Shown here piece after piece: positions 51,340 through 64,000 of a stretch of DNA of 64,000 nucleotides. Position numbers and translations under genes: made by a program. This DNA comes from Bugula neritina. Lineage: Eukaryota; Animalia; Bryozoa. The stretch lies in assembly GCA_964035545.1 (NCBI GenBank), contig OZ037769.1:1302001-1366000 (forward strand), read 5' to 3'. The stretch's first letter is position 1; every line of letters begins with the position of its first letter. The notes below the pieces were generated by a model. That model saw only the letters and a program-made list of their open reading frames with translations. It had not been told where the DNA came from and searched no databases.

Positions 51340-51958
51340 ATACTTATAGTTATAGTTATACTTATAGTTTTAGTTTATATCAATTTTTTATTCAAAATCA
51401 ATATGAATATCAAATTCAAATTGAATTTATATTTTTATTTCATTGATTTAGATGATCAACTTTAATATTTTTTCAATCATTGTGATTGTTTATCAATAAT
51501 ATTATTAATGTCATGCTCATTATCCTTATGATATTCATATTGGTAACCATTATCACTTTAACTTTAAGTTTTTCATAGTTATAATGAATTATCATTATCA
51601 TTATGATATTAATTATGATTACATTTACTGAATCTCATTATGATTGTGATTGCCATTATGATGGTAAATACTAAATTAAATATAATAATAATTAATAATA
51701 AAATTGATTTATTCACATCAATATGAATATCAATAATATTATTAATGTCATACTCATTATCATAATAATAATGAGTATGACATTAATAATATTATTGATA
51801 AACAATGATTGAATAAATCTTGAAGTTGATAATCTAAATCAATAAAATAAAAATAGAAATTCAATTTGAATTTGATATTCATATTGATTTTGAATAAAAA
51901 TTGATGACTAAAACTAAACTATAACTATAACATTAGCTATAACTATAAGTATAACTAT
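51340..51958. mobile_element. Foldback/MITE-like element with ~190-bp inverted arms upstream of GRAMD4
   Basis: 51340-51525 is a near reverse complement of 51770-51958 (e.g. TTCAAAATCAATATGAATATCAAATTCAAATTGAATTT / AAATTCAATTTGAATTTGATATTCATATTGATTTTGAA). Confidence 0.7.
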
Positions 51959-52034
51959 GGTTTCGGAGTTTCAACCAAAGAGTAGACGAAAAGCTTATAA
52001 TAAATATTATTCAAAGCTTATATTCCATTGTTAA

Positions 52035-55000
52035 ACATCGTAGGCATCCAGGTTATTTCGATAAAATCAATTACTGTTAATTAAAAGTTCATACTTTTTT
52101 AGTTGCATTCACAAAATATTTAAAAAAAATCTCAACTCAATATACCAGAAAAAATGAATTAAAATATATGTGTTAATAGCACTGATATTGACGTGACCGT
52201 GGCACATGAAAAATCTGAAAGAAGAGTTGTCTTCTATTTTTCTATATTAACGTATAGAGCTTGCCGTGAAAATACAGATTTTTAAAAAAAAATATTGTGA
52301 CCCTCTGGTAACTTTTTGAATTTAGAAAATTGGCTCATATATTTCTTTTCATGTGGACAACAGCTCACTTTTTTTTAAATTTATTTTGAAGCTCTTTTCG
52401 TAAAAAATAATCAAAAGTAAAAAATCCAAAATTTTTACAAATTGGTTCGGGGCTTGACGTGAAAGGCGTTTGGACAAAGATGTCAAGGTCACCATTAATA
52501 AATATATTATTTCATCACAATACTGCACGGAAAGTTAATGAAGTGAGCTGAAAATTAGGTTGCTAGCATATTGATATACATTATATTGGTTGTTACAGTA
52601 TTATTTTTTAAATTTGTTTTGTTATCAGTTATGTTTAACTTTTTCATAAAGCTGCTGTTAGACTAAGAGTAAGACATAATATTACCATTACTAATGGTAA
52701 TATTATGTCTTACTAGCCCGCATTAGCAACAATGATAATATTAAATTAAAATTATTATTAAATTCACGGTGAAGTGTCACTATGACTATGATACTCTATA
52801 ACTATGAGTATGAGTATCGTATAAATTAATTATAATGAGTATGAGTATCACTATGACATTAACTCAATCAGTGATTGACTATGTCTATTACTATGAATAT
52901 GACTATGCATAACTCAATGAGAATATCAATATGAATATGGCTTCTAATTCTTGTAACTTTTGACTATGACGATGCTGATACTGATAATCACTGCCAGCCC
53001 AAGTCTCATACTCATAGTGATACTATTACTATTGTCTATTAGTATTAATAATTAGTATTACTCTTAGTACAACTACTAGTATTACTCATAGTTCTGATAA
53101 TGATGCAGATGATAGTTTTAGAAGTTCTACTTCTACTTTTAATTTTATAGTACGCTAGATTGTATATGTTGAACTCTACTCATTTTTTACTACTAATGCT
53201 AATACTAATAGTAATAGTAATAATGATTATAGTTGTTATAATGATAGTAATACTAATAGTAATAACAACTATTTAAATTTGATAATTCATGTTTTACAAC
53301 AGCATTATCACTTATCAATTACATTGGTTCATAATATGCTTATTTTAATTTTGCTTTGTGTGTTTTGTCATGTTGTAAATTTAAGTTTGTATGGTTATTT
53401 AATGAACTAGAGAACTAGCCAAATGTTATGTAACAGTTGCAATAATTTACTATAAACTCAGTGAAATTTAAAACCTAATTGATATTACTATAACATTGAT
53501 TGTACAGAGGTAGCTAAAATATACATTAAATTACCAATAATTTTAACTCGCCAATACACTATGAGTAGAACAATCAAATGCAATGATAGAAAATTAATTA
53601 GTCATAGCAGCCCGTTGCTTGAAGAACATCAAGCTACAGGTCTAAAATTATGTAGTTTTGTGATCCATTACATAACAAAATAATTTTTTTCAAACTGGTT
53701 TAATACTTTTATTATGAACACGCTTATCAAAGTAACATGTTTGTGATGTATATTCTATTAAAAAAGCAATCACATCAGGTTTTCAACTTGTATGTTGTAC
53801 AATGTTTATTATGGTGACAAGTTACTAAATCATATGGTTCAGCTTTGTAAAGTAAAGCTGATAAAATAAATACAAGTATGTGATTGTTTTACTACTATAT
53901 ATTAAATTTAAATGAGTTGAATAATATCCTAGTGCAGTGAATTAGATATTTTTTAGCTTTGGTACACCTGTTTGTTATAGGCTAACATTCCACCAATAGA
54001 AGAATGGTGCAAGTAGAAGAAATTTCAGGCGCAGAAAGCTAAGGAGCAGTCAGAATGCTGCCAGAGTTGTGAAGAGGCACTTGAAAAAGCTGAATTTCAA
54101 TAATGACATGACATTCGTAACATATCACCCTGGTGTATTTGAACTGACATGGCCAGCAGAGTTCTCGAAGTCACATTCAACAGCTATTTACATCATCATG
54201 GTTAGCTTAAATTTAATTCCTATATCAGTCTCTAATATATAGTTTGATATCTGCTGTAAATTCGCTTAAGGAGCATACACATAACCAAAACTGAGTTACA
54301 CTATAGTATTTGTTCTTGAATATATTTACCAAGATAAGTAGATTTGCTAATTCATTTTAACAGTAAAATTATAATGATACAACAATTTTTCTTTTAGATG
54401 ATTCAATCAATAACACAAGACACTACAACATGGTTTTGCAGTTATAGAGTATTAATTTTCTGGCTCTTTCCAAATCTTCATAGAAGGCAAAGAAAACCAC
54501 CGTCAGCTTGCCTTTATAACTGAGTGCAAGCTTCTTCCACCTACAGATGATGATAAACAATTTGCTGATGTGGAACTTTCTAATTTTGTTTACAATGAAG
54601 ATAGATTATAGGACATTATTCTTTATGTAAAGATTGTCAAGTTTTGTTATAATTAAGAACAGTTTTAGTTTCAATAAATCAGTTCAACATTATGGACATC
54701 ATTGCACAAACATTTTAATCTTTACTATCTACAAAGGTATCTGATGAACTACTTGAAAATACAAAACTATGCTCCAGATACACAATGAACTGACCAGCAA
54801 AGTTAAAATGAGTTGGAGATGTAGAACATAATATCTTGTTCAAGGCTTTTCCCTGCTGTTGGAACCTTCTTCTTCAGAACACTGAATTGAACAAACATAT
54901 GTAGATATATAAAACTTTGCAAACAATAATAATGTGAAATTAGTTGCTAAGTATCACATTGCTAATAAATACAGCATTGTGTAATATTTTATTTAATTTT

Positions 55001-57373
55001 TTTTTGAGCCATTTGATCTATAGGCCCGCATAGTATTTACTATATTATAACTAATAAATTGCAGACACATTATGTCAGACCAGTCTCCATTTAAATAGAA
55101 TAGTGTAGGCTATCAAATTTGTAGAAGTAAAAAACCGCATTCTTATTGAGTAAAATACTTACCTTTTTTTTCATGATGCCTCTACTGCTAAAAAGAGAAG
55201 TTTTTATCAATACAGCTCCATCAATCCGTATCCTGATGAAGCTAGTAGTTTAGGAACATTTGTGGCGGGAGTGTAGGCTGAGCTGCAGTATAGGAAGAAC
55301 CCCAACATATGTAATCTATTCAGCACATTATATGTATTGTAGAAATTTATTCAAAAAAGAATTTAGAAAATGCTTCATGAAGCATGAACAAAATAAAAAT
55401 TAATGCTGTAATATTATTACACCCATTAGAATTACTAGCAGCTATAGCATTAAAATTATGTATTTTTATAAAAATGTGTCTAATTTATGCTACAAAGTTA
55501 TTACTGCCAAAGGTTACAGAATTTACCAGTCACATTCATGCAGCTGATGGAGAATAACTAACCTTCACATGCAATAAATACAATTAGTAGCTCTATCTAA
55601 AACTAATGCGCTGCTAAATGTTAGGAGTATAAGTTATAGTTATTCTAAGGAATAATTGCAAAAAAAGTTACGTAGAGGAATTTAACTCTTATTATATTGT
55701 AATTATCTTCCAAGATATATTACAACATCACTACTTGGATACATACAATGTCATATTTATATTGGCATCAACATAATTTTCAATAATTTCCAATCTATTA
55801 ACTTGAGCATTATGATTGTGATTATTTTATAAATAAGGCGATGATTAGGCACTGTTGGTATTTTGGTTCAATTTATTTATAGCTGTAACAGGCAGAGTTG
55901 TAAATATAATGGATATATCAAAATTCCAATGGGTATAGTACTCTAACACAACATTGATACTAATAATTGTAGTCACTTACTCTTAGAGTTAGTGAATGAT
56001 GATACAGTCATAACAATTTGAATATCAATCAGCATTAGAGATAGACTGACTGCTTTATAATATTATAGTTATTATGTCAAATTGAATTTATTCACTATAA
56101 ATAAAAAAATTATGATTATAATTATAAATTAAAATAATTTAAATATTATATAATATATTGATAATTATTGGAATCATAATTATATTTATTGTTATGATCA
56201 TTATGATTATAATTATTTAATGTTATCTTTATGTTTGTATTTAAAATTGTTCCTTAAATCTAAAGTTGTTTAAGTTTTTTTAAATTTATTATAATTATAT
56301 TACTGTATAAGTATTGCTATTAGTATTAGTATAATTAAATTATTATAATTTATATTTTATTATTTACATTTATTTTACTTTTTATTTTAAGACCAACAGT
56401 TCAAATTAATACTTGTGTCGTTTGCTCTATATTATAACTTACAAGTATAACTATTAACATAATAATATTAGATTTGCTGTTAGTATTACTATGAATATAA
56501 ATATTTATGTTAATATAGCTAATGCTATCGGTATAACTTATACTTATAGTTATAACTAATATTACAAGTATTAGTTTCGAAACTGATCCTGCTCCGTAAC
56601 ATTAACATACTGATACTGTCATATGATTATCATTATGACTAATAATGGTATTAATAAATATAACCATTGGATATTATTAATAATAGTTCACCAATACTAA
56701 TAGGCGATAGTCATAGACTTAGAGTGAGAGTCATAGACATAGACTAGTGATACTCATACTGATAAGTGATAGTGATACTGTGATTCACTGATTCAATTAC
56801 AAATTTTAAAACTTGTTTTTACGTAGACAACTACTAACCTATAGTTCATCACAAAACGGTTGAAAATCATCATTTACTGCATATTTAAGAGTGATTTTCT
56901 GGTAGTGTGGTCGACATGATAATTGAAATTAAAATAGGAAAAATAATTATTTTGTGATTTACAGCAAGTTACAAACTAGCGAAATGGAATAGTCCATTTG
57001 AAAACAGTCAAATTAGTTACCTTTCTTGATGTTGCGTAGCTAACGTTAGTTATTAGTAGCCGCCCGAAGAGTAACATGCATGTGATTTGAGCTACGAATA
57101 ACGAGAATCTGTGACAAACCCGCTTCTTAATAACTTTACGCGATATAAACTCACGCTACAATAGGGCTATTTTGCCATCCCCACGTCAGAATAGGACACG
57201 GAGGGCAAGCTCGCGGGCAAGTCTGGGCAAGTCTAAGACACCTAATATGACCACTTTTACTTGCATTTTTGTAGTGTTTTCGTATAAGAAATTGGATAAA
57301 ATGCTGATAAAACAGTTGAAAAGCATGCAAACTTTTGCTCAAATGTCATAAATAACCTGGATGCTTACGGCCT
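52035..57373. mobile_element. Decayed Kolobok-like DNA transposon (TTAA target-site duplication, 24-bp TIRs)
   Basis: TTAA (52031-52034) then ACATCGTAGGCATCCAGGTTATTT ... AAATAACCTGGATGCTTACGGCCT then TTAA (57374-57377); 20/24 TIR match; internal KolX/P2X7-C-terminal-like pseudo-ORF. Confidence 0.7.
53981..54605 (+). pseudogene. Degenerate P2X7-intracellular-domain-like (KolX/nanor-type) gene within the transposon
   Basis: With stops and frameshifts: EEWCK*..EQSECCQSC..VTYHPGVF, then after an intron (~54201-54397) WFCSYRVLIFWLFPNLHRRQRKPPSACLYN*..FPP, resembling the WCxC..ExxCC..ITxHPGF..AYRxxxxW....RxxLPxC....IRxxFP pattern. Confidence 0.6.
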
Positions 57374-58749
57374 TTAACAGTGAAACCAGTTTAATAACTG
57401 TTCATGGCACAAGTCAGTTGTCCAGTTAACAGAACAGTTTCATAGCAATCCGTGATGTACTTTGGGATTTCCATTAGTGGGAGATTGAAAGCACAACTCC
57501 CTATTTTGACAACTTTCACGACAGAGTTTTTCCAAGGTAGTTCAAGAAGTTTTGTTTAAAAACTTTTAGCACACATATATTTAAGTATTTGGTGTTTGAC
57601 TACATTTAATTTTATAAAGCTATTGTTGCAATATAAAAGTATATTGATTAATTTACAGACATTGTTTTAATAACTACCTAACCAAAATGAATAATTCTAA
57701 ATATAGAGTATTATTACCAGTATGTACAAATATATAAATATATTGCATCGACCTGTGATGGAATGGCAAAACATAATTATTAAATGAATTACTAATGATA
57801 TGCACAGTATAACTACTGCAGTTATATCATTATCTATATCACAGCATATCAGCTTCATATGTTTTTATTATCTTAATGAAAAACTAAAATTATTCAAGAT
57901 TCACATTGGGGTGATTTTTGGAACTAAGTATAACCATATTAATTATAATATTACAAAGTTAATTTCCTTCCCACATAACTAAGTTCAAACTTAATTTATT
58001 TTTACCTTAATTGTTTAAAGTATATGATGGAGATAGTGCTGATAAAGCAGTAGAAAGGGAGTCCACATACTTATATTGAAAACTATAATCAGCATATACA
58101 AACACAACAGACGAAAGAATTTATTAATTATGTATTTTTGATAGAACTTCAGAGATATGTAATAGTAGAACAATTTTTGAGAAAAATATACTTATAGCAT
58201 CATGGGTAAATTAAAAAATGGAATGTCAAATTGGAAACAGTATGATCATAAAACATCCAAAAATATAGAAGGAAAGTAGTTATTGTAGATCTGAATTTAC
58301 CTTCAAGGTGTAGCTCCTCACTTTAGTGTGTTGAAATGCAGATATTTAGATAATTACTAACGAGGATATTTATGCTTGTTATATAAAACATATTGGAGAT
58401 TACATAAAGTCATTTCATATGAATTAGGCAAAAAAATATTTGAGAAATGAGAAAAAAGCTTAAATAAGGTGTGCAGATCATATAATATAGAGATTTATAC
58501 TCGGAATGCAGAGAAACTGAAAAGGCAAATAAAAGCCTATTTGTTTGATATGCGCTTCACCAACAGAAAAAATAAAATATTAATAGTCTTAAATATGCGT
58601 GCGAGATGAGATTAACATTAACAGATATATGATATAATATAATTAGGGGTTGTCGCCTCTTGATGAAAGAGGTTAAGACATTGGGAGTTGTCTAACCCAG
58701 AATAAAGGCAGTTAAGTATACGTGTGGGCTATATCCTACGAGGAGTTGT

Positions 58750-61700
58750 CTAACTCATTTGGGTCATATTTCCATCATTTTTTTCATTATCCTTCCACTG
58801 TTTAAACTTGTCCCAAAGCTCAGAGGGTCGGTTCTATAGACAGGAAAAGAAAACAGGCTAATATACTATATCCAGCCATAAAATATTTGCCTCGTTTTAG
58901 TGAAACACATAGCATAGAGCTTGAAAATAGCTGAGCTTTGAAATTTGATTGTCTATGACCATGAAGCTCAACTTTTCCCTTCATTAAAAACTAGACTGGT
59001 AAGAGCGAAGAGCTCTGTACATTAGTTGCAACTACTACACTGCATAGCAATTAATCAATAAATATTTTAGTCCATAAACCATAAATTTAGAAAGTATTTG
59101 AAACAAGTTATGAATAAATGTGCTCCAATCAAACTAATTCTTGATTAAACAAGTTTTTATTAAAGACGGGAGAAACTGTAAACCCATACATACCCTGACC
59201 ATCCACTGTCCCACAGTTCCCTGCGGGTTCCTGTATCCGTAAATACACACTCCGAGTACGACAGCGGCAGTCAACAAGAAGATGGTGCAGAAAGCAGCTG
59301 TGACAGCCTTCCATGCCTGGTTAGCTGTAAAAGAACAAACGCAGATCATGTAAAAGGTCAACACCTCATTGGTCAATCATAAATAGGTCAACTGAATGTT
59401 ATAAACAAAAACTAAATCAACTCTAATCAATAATCATACACTAACATCAGATTAAGAGAATCTCTAACTAACAAACATATTTTAGCTCATACTGCATTGT
59501 GGGAAATATACAATATGAAGTAACATGAGTGACCAATAAACATTAACACCAATGTGAAACACCTACACATTCAGGAGAGTGAATTCAAGACATTCTTACC
59601 TGGTGGTTTAGAAGAGAGTTTAGCGGTGTTTCTATTCTTAGACCCACTGAAGCTGGGGGTGGGTGTGCTGAACATATGATCACAGTCTGTCTGAGTAATC
59701 TGCAAACAGAGCAAAGTGTAATACGACAGCGTACAGCGTAATACGGCAGCACACAGTGTAATACGGCAGCGTACAGTGTAATACGGCAGCACACAGTATA
59801 ATACGGCAGCACACAGTGTAACACGGCAGTCACTAATACTACGGTTACTAATACTACAGTTACTAATACTACAGTTACTAATACTACAGTCACTAATACT
59901 AGAGTCACTAATACTAGAGTCACTAATACTACAGTAACTAATACTACAGTCACTAATACTACAGTTACTAACACTACAGTCAATATTAAAACTATCAAGT
60001 ACCAAAAACGGTTTCTTTCACTAGCTATTTATAATACATGACCTAAAAACACAACTTCAGTAACGAAGCAAATAATACTAACATTGAAGACGCAGCCACT
60101 GGTGACCCATTTCTGGCGCTGCCTGTCGAAGGCATCAGAGCAGCTGTTGATGGCGCTGCACCAGTAACACTGGAAGTTGCGTAGTTTGGAATGTAGGCAG
60201 TCGTCACAGTTGGTGAGCAGGTTGCACGCTACGGTATAAATAGTGTAACTATGCAATCAGTTTACGAGGTAATCATTCGACTACAGGGAAAATTGAAAGT
60301 AAATAAGACACTTTTTCAAAAAAGTTTAAAAAATACAATTAGATATTACAAACTTACTCTTCAGATGAGTAAATATGATGGCAGAGTCAGTGGTAACTTT
60401 GTCTCCGGCAATGTTGTATGTATGGTAAGGGTATATAGTCCTGTACTGTCCAACTATAACAAAGAGTATATATACTGTATGTGTGGTAAGGGTATATAGT
60501 CCTATACTGTCCAACTATAACAAAGAGTATATATGTTGTATGTGTGGTAAGGGTATATAGTCCTATACTGTCCAACTATAACAAAGAGTATATATGTTGT
60601 ATGTGTGGTAAGGGTATATAGTCCTATACTGTCCAACTATAACAAAGAGTATATATACTGTATGTATGGTAAGGGTATATAGTCCTATACTGTCCAACTA
60701 TAACAAAGAGTATATATGTTGTATGTATGGTAAGGGTATATAGTCCTGTACTGTCCAACTATAACAAAGAGTATATATGTTGTATGTGTGGTAAGGGTAT
60801 ATAGTCCTATACTGTCCAACTATAACAAAGAGTATATATACTGTATGTATGGTAAGGGTATATAGTCCTGTACTGTCCAACTATAACAAAGAGTATATAT
60901 ACTGTATGTATGGTAAGGGTATATAGTCCTATACTGTCCAACTATAACAAAGAGTATATATACTGTATGTATGGTAAGGGTATATAGTCCTATACTGTCC
61001 AAAGAGTATATATACTGTAAATATGATAAGTGCTTAGCCTGAGGATAATGTAAGAAAGTTTGGAGGTGATACTCACTGTCCCAATAGTACGCATCAGATA
61101 GCCCTACTTTCACAGGGTGATCCTCAGTGGAGAGATTAGCAATGGGCTGTGGAATGTCTTTGTACACAGTAATTATCTTCCCATCATCCTTGTACAGCTG
61201 CACTTGGAAGGTGAAGGGACCAACTGAAATGTTATAGATTAGATTTGGTTGATAGACCACTTCAATATAACTACATGTCATTTTATCTTTTTATTATATC
61301 ATATTTACAGCCATTATTATATTTCTATTGTATTATATTACTTATTGTATTATATTTATAGCCCTTATAGTTCTATTTTATTATGTTTATTTGGAATTAT
61401 TACTCATTTCTTATTTTAGAAACAAATTTCCAGTTTTATTATAATATTCAACAATATAGAGTGCCTGTGTAATCATGTAATACTATGCATTAGAGTACAG
61501 ATTCGCAAATAATAGGCCTGAGTTGTGGTGAGCCGAGGTTACTAAAAGAAAATTGGGAGTATTTCGATACAACTAGAAGAAGATGACAACTCTAACAATA
61601 CTTTGGTAAACAATACAACACAGTACAGTCCTGAGATAGTATGTGAATGTTCTAGAATAAATGATCACATTTATCAAGTCAGAAATGTAACAGCCTAATT

Positions 61701-62152
61701 TTTCCAAATTTCATAAATTTGTCAAATTCCACTTTGAAAACGAGGACACAACTTCTGCAATATCTATCATACCTTGAGGTCATTATGCCGATACCCTTTC
61801 ATTATCTTAATCAAACTAGAAACAGCATAAAATACCTGAGTATAGCACAACACTGCAGACATAAGTAAACAATCACACTTACGGTCCTTTCCATCTTTCA
61901 TATACACGTTATTCCACTGGACAATCAGGGCATCGTCTACAACACGACAACGCAGTTGATACAAAACAACCATTTACAATGCAAAGAACAAAGGCTATAT
62001 GATAAGTTTCACAGGCTACATCTTACCATCTCTTCTGTAGAGGACCTCGGATATGTTTTTCCCAACAGAAGTGTCAAAGTTGGCCATGAGAGGGGCAACG
62101 TACTGGCTAGCAGTGAGGAAGGAGTGTAGAAAATCGCTCATGTATAGGAATC
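58750..62152 (-). CDS. PLXDC2: Plexin domain-containing protein (PLXDC1/2-like), 3' exons; 5' part not found in this window
   Basis: Exons ~62152-62026 (GFLYM..LTASQYVAPLMANFD), ~61937-61882 (LIVQWNNV), ~61224-61077 (FTFQ..HPVKVGLSDAY), 60453-60358 (RTIYPYH), ~60228-60082 (PSI: C..C..C.WC..CSDAFDRQRQKW..GC), ~59699-59601, ~59324-59199 (TM plus YGYRNP), ~58833-58750 (NRPS..QMS*). PLXDC1 versus PLXDC2 orthology is not resolvable by eye. Confidence 0.88.
59716..59982. repeat. Two adjacent intronic minisatellites (~19-21 bp GTAATACGGCAGCACACAGT and 15 bp ACTAATACTACAGTC)
   Basis: Direct tandem copies; source of the SISDC/VLVTV repeat ORFs. Confidence 0.9.
60416..61018. repeat. 61-bp tandem repeat (~10 copies) containing a PLXDC splice acceptor and exon start
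   Basis: Unit GTATGTATGGTAAGGGTATATAGTCCTGTACTGTCCAACTATAACAAAGAGTATATATACT; - strand reads CTCTTTGTTATAG|TTGGACAGTACAGG. Confidence 0.92.
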
Positions 62153-64000
62153 CTGAACAGAGAGAAATAGCAGGGAATTACACAGAGTATTCCGTAGTAG
62201 CAGCCAAAGTAGGGAGATGACTCCCTGTAGTAATGCCCAGTATTTATAAGTACTGATGAAACATTGAAATGAAATGTTAATATTCATAGCTGAGCTTTGA
62301 ACAATAACTTTAAATGAACAAATACAGTATGAAATACTCGTCATTAATATTATATATAATATACATTACAGCCAAATATAGTAATATACAGTATAGTTAT
62401 ACATAGTAATATAATACAGTTGTCATATGGTAAAATAAAGTCAAGTTATATATAGTAATATACAGTAGCCTACAGCTATACATAGTAATATATACAGTAT
62501 AGTAATATAATACAGTAGTCGTATGGTAATATCAAGTTAAGTTATATATAGTAATATACAGTATAGTAATATAAAACCTCATATAGTATAGCTACTGAAA
62601 CAATTGTAGCCAATAAACAGTATAAATAGGAGCCACACACATGTACACAAAAGCTCACACATGTAAATTATCCAGTATTATGCAACTGACTTTACATAGC
62701 AGTCCCAGATAAACACTAATCTGTTTAGTAATCCATGTTATTAACAACATCTAATACACAGTAACACATCTTCAACACACACAACCTGTCACTTTGAATA
62801 TGAATCACTACAGATATATAGCTGGGTAACTGTACAAGATGTCTGTATATACAGCCAATACCACCACCACCACAACCACCAGATGTCTCTCTACTTCCAC
62901 CAGATGTTTGCCTACCTACACCAGGTGATGTGTTCAGTTATGTATACTTTAAATGTAAAATATATTAGCCTTTATAAAGAGAAAACCAATTATGAACATG
63001 TGCTAAAGAGAGGGCAATTCATTATATTGAAAATATTGTAAGAATAAAGTATGTTTAAGACCATGTTCAAAAAGTTTCTCCCAGTCAAATGTTGATGCTG
63101 AGGTTCCAATCAAATCATCAACAGATTAGAATAAAGAGCATCAACCACACATGAAACTCTTAGAAGCAGAGAACTGTTGAAGGAAATGGAATGGAAAGAG
63201 AAACTACATTAGTATAAACAAGTTCATATGATTCTCTCCTATTATGACGATGCATTTTTTCAACTTATGTAACTTCAAGCAGCCTATTGTGTTGACAAAA
63301 GGAAAACAATACGCCTAAGTGCTTCAGCTACAGCCTATAGAACTTATGTATAGAGAGCATAAATAGTTATATAATGAGTGCTTTTAAACCACGTGCTAAT
63401 GCGTGCGTCAGATGAGTTCTAGTCAATAACGTCAACATGCTTGCTTATGAGTTATATATACTCTCTGATTACACTGCTTACTATGCAATATACTGTCTAC
63501 CATCTTTGGGTCAGCCTTGCATTACGTTCTGTAACAGAGTTGCTTAGCTTTTTAATTTAAACTTGCGTTGGGGACTGCTTTACTTTACTTGTTAGATCAT
63601 AGATATTAGCCACTGACTTAACTAAACACAAACACTAAACACAGTATATAGTTCAGTGGACTTGAGTTGACTTGAGTCACGACTTGAGACATGACTTGTT
63701 ACTTGCCCTTGACCACAAAGAAGACTGAGAACAGAAGGAAAGACTTCACATGATGGAGCTAGCAGGACTAATCACTGTACGACAACCAAATAAGACAGGA
63801 AGAAGAGCCATACGGGGCGAGTCCCTTGTTCATCAGCTGAGGATATGCCGGTTAGAACTCGGAATGTCAAGTTGATAATTTATTCATTCCCAGCACGAAA
63901 CTGTTGACAAGCTGCATAATCAGCTGCAACTCACTAAGTTGATGTGGCCAGCAACATCGGAGCAGGCCAAATGAATACCAAATGAGCTCCAATAGTAGAA

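Noticed and set aside
59571-60005. SISDC / VLVTV repeat proteins
   Set aside because: Translations of intronic minisatellites in PLXDC.
60416-61018. CRISPR-like regular array
   Set aside because: Contiguous tandem units with no unique spacers, no cas genes, and eukaryotic intron context.
62850-64000. Pro-rich exon-like stretch (~62855-62925) and GACTTGA repeats (~63655-63705) suggesting a nested gene or hAT end
   Set aside because: Frames are interrupted by stops, no recognisable domain, and no partner TIR within the window.

Overview
AT-rich, intron-dense metazoan (invertebrate-type) genomic DNA; the taxon cannot be determined from the sequence. About 1-44.4 kb is a head-to-tail cluster of three paralogous type-I receptor genes on the + strand with near-identical ectodomains (signal peptide, two degenerate F-type-lectin/discoidin-like domains, FN3 array, juxtamembrane domain with an RKKR furin site) but different intracellular outputs. 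Copy A (<1-15268, 5' exons outside the window) is a tandem-domain receptor tyrosine phosphatase with two apparent inactivating lesions: a lost splice acceptor and a CX5R Arg->Gln change. Copy B (16600-27000) has no phosphatase; it has a Sushi domain, a TM helix and a tail with 8 tyrosine motifs including a consensus ITAM. Copy C (28228-44352) is an intact receptor PTP. This looks like a paired activating/inhibitory (plus possible decoy) receptor locus with variable N-terminal loops and gene-conversion mosaicism. Downstream on the - strand are GRAMD4 (45255-51026) and the 3' part of a PLXDC gene (58750->62152), separated by a decayed TTAA-flanked Kolobok-like DNA transposon. Also present: Tc1, LINE and tRNA-SINE remnants, hairpin/MITE-like elements, and minisatellites that duplicate splice sites. 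Exon coordinates were read by eye and may be off by a few bases.
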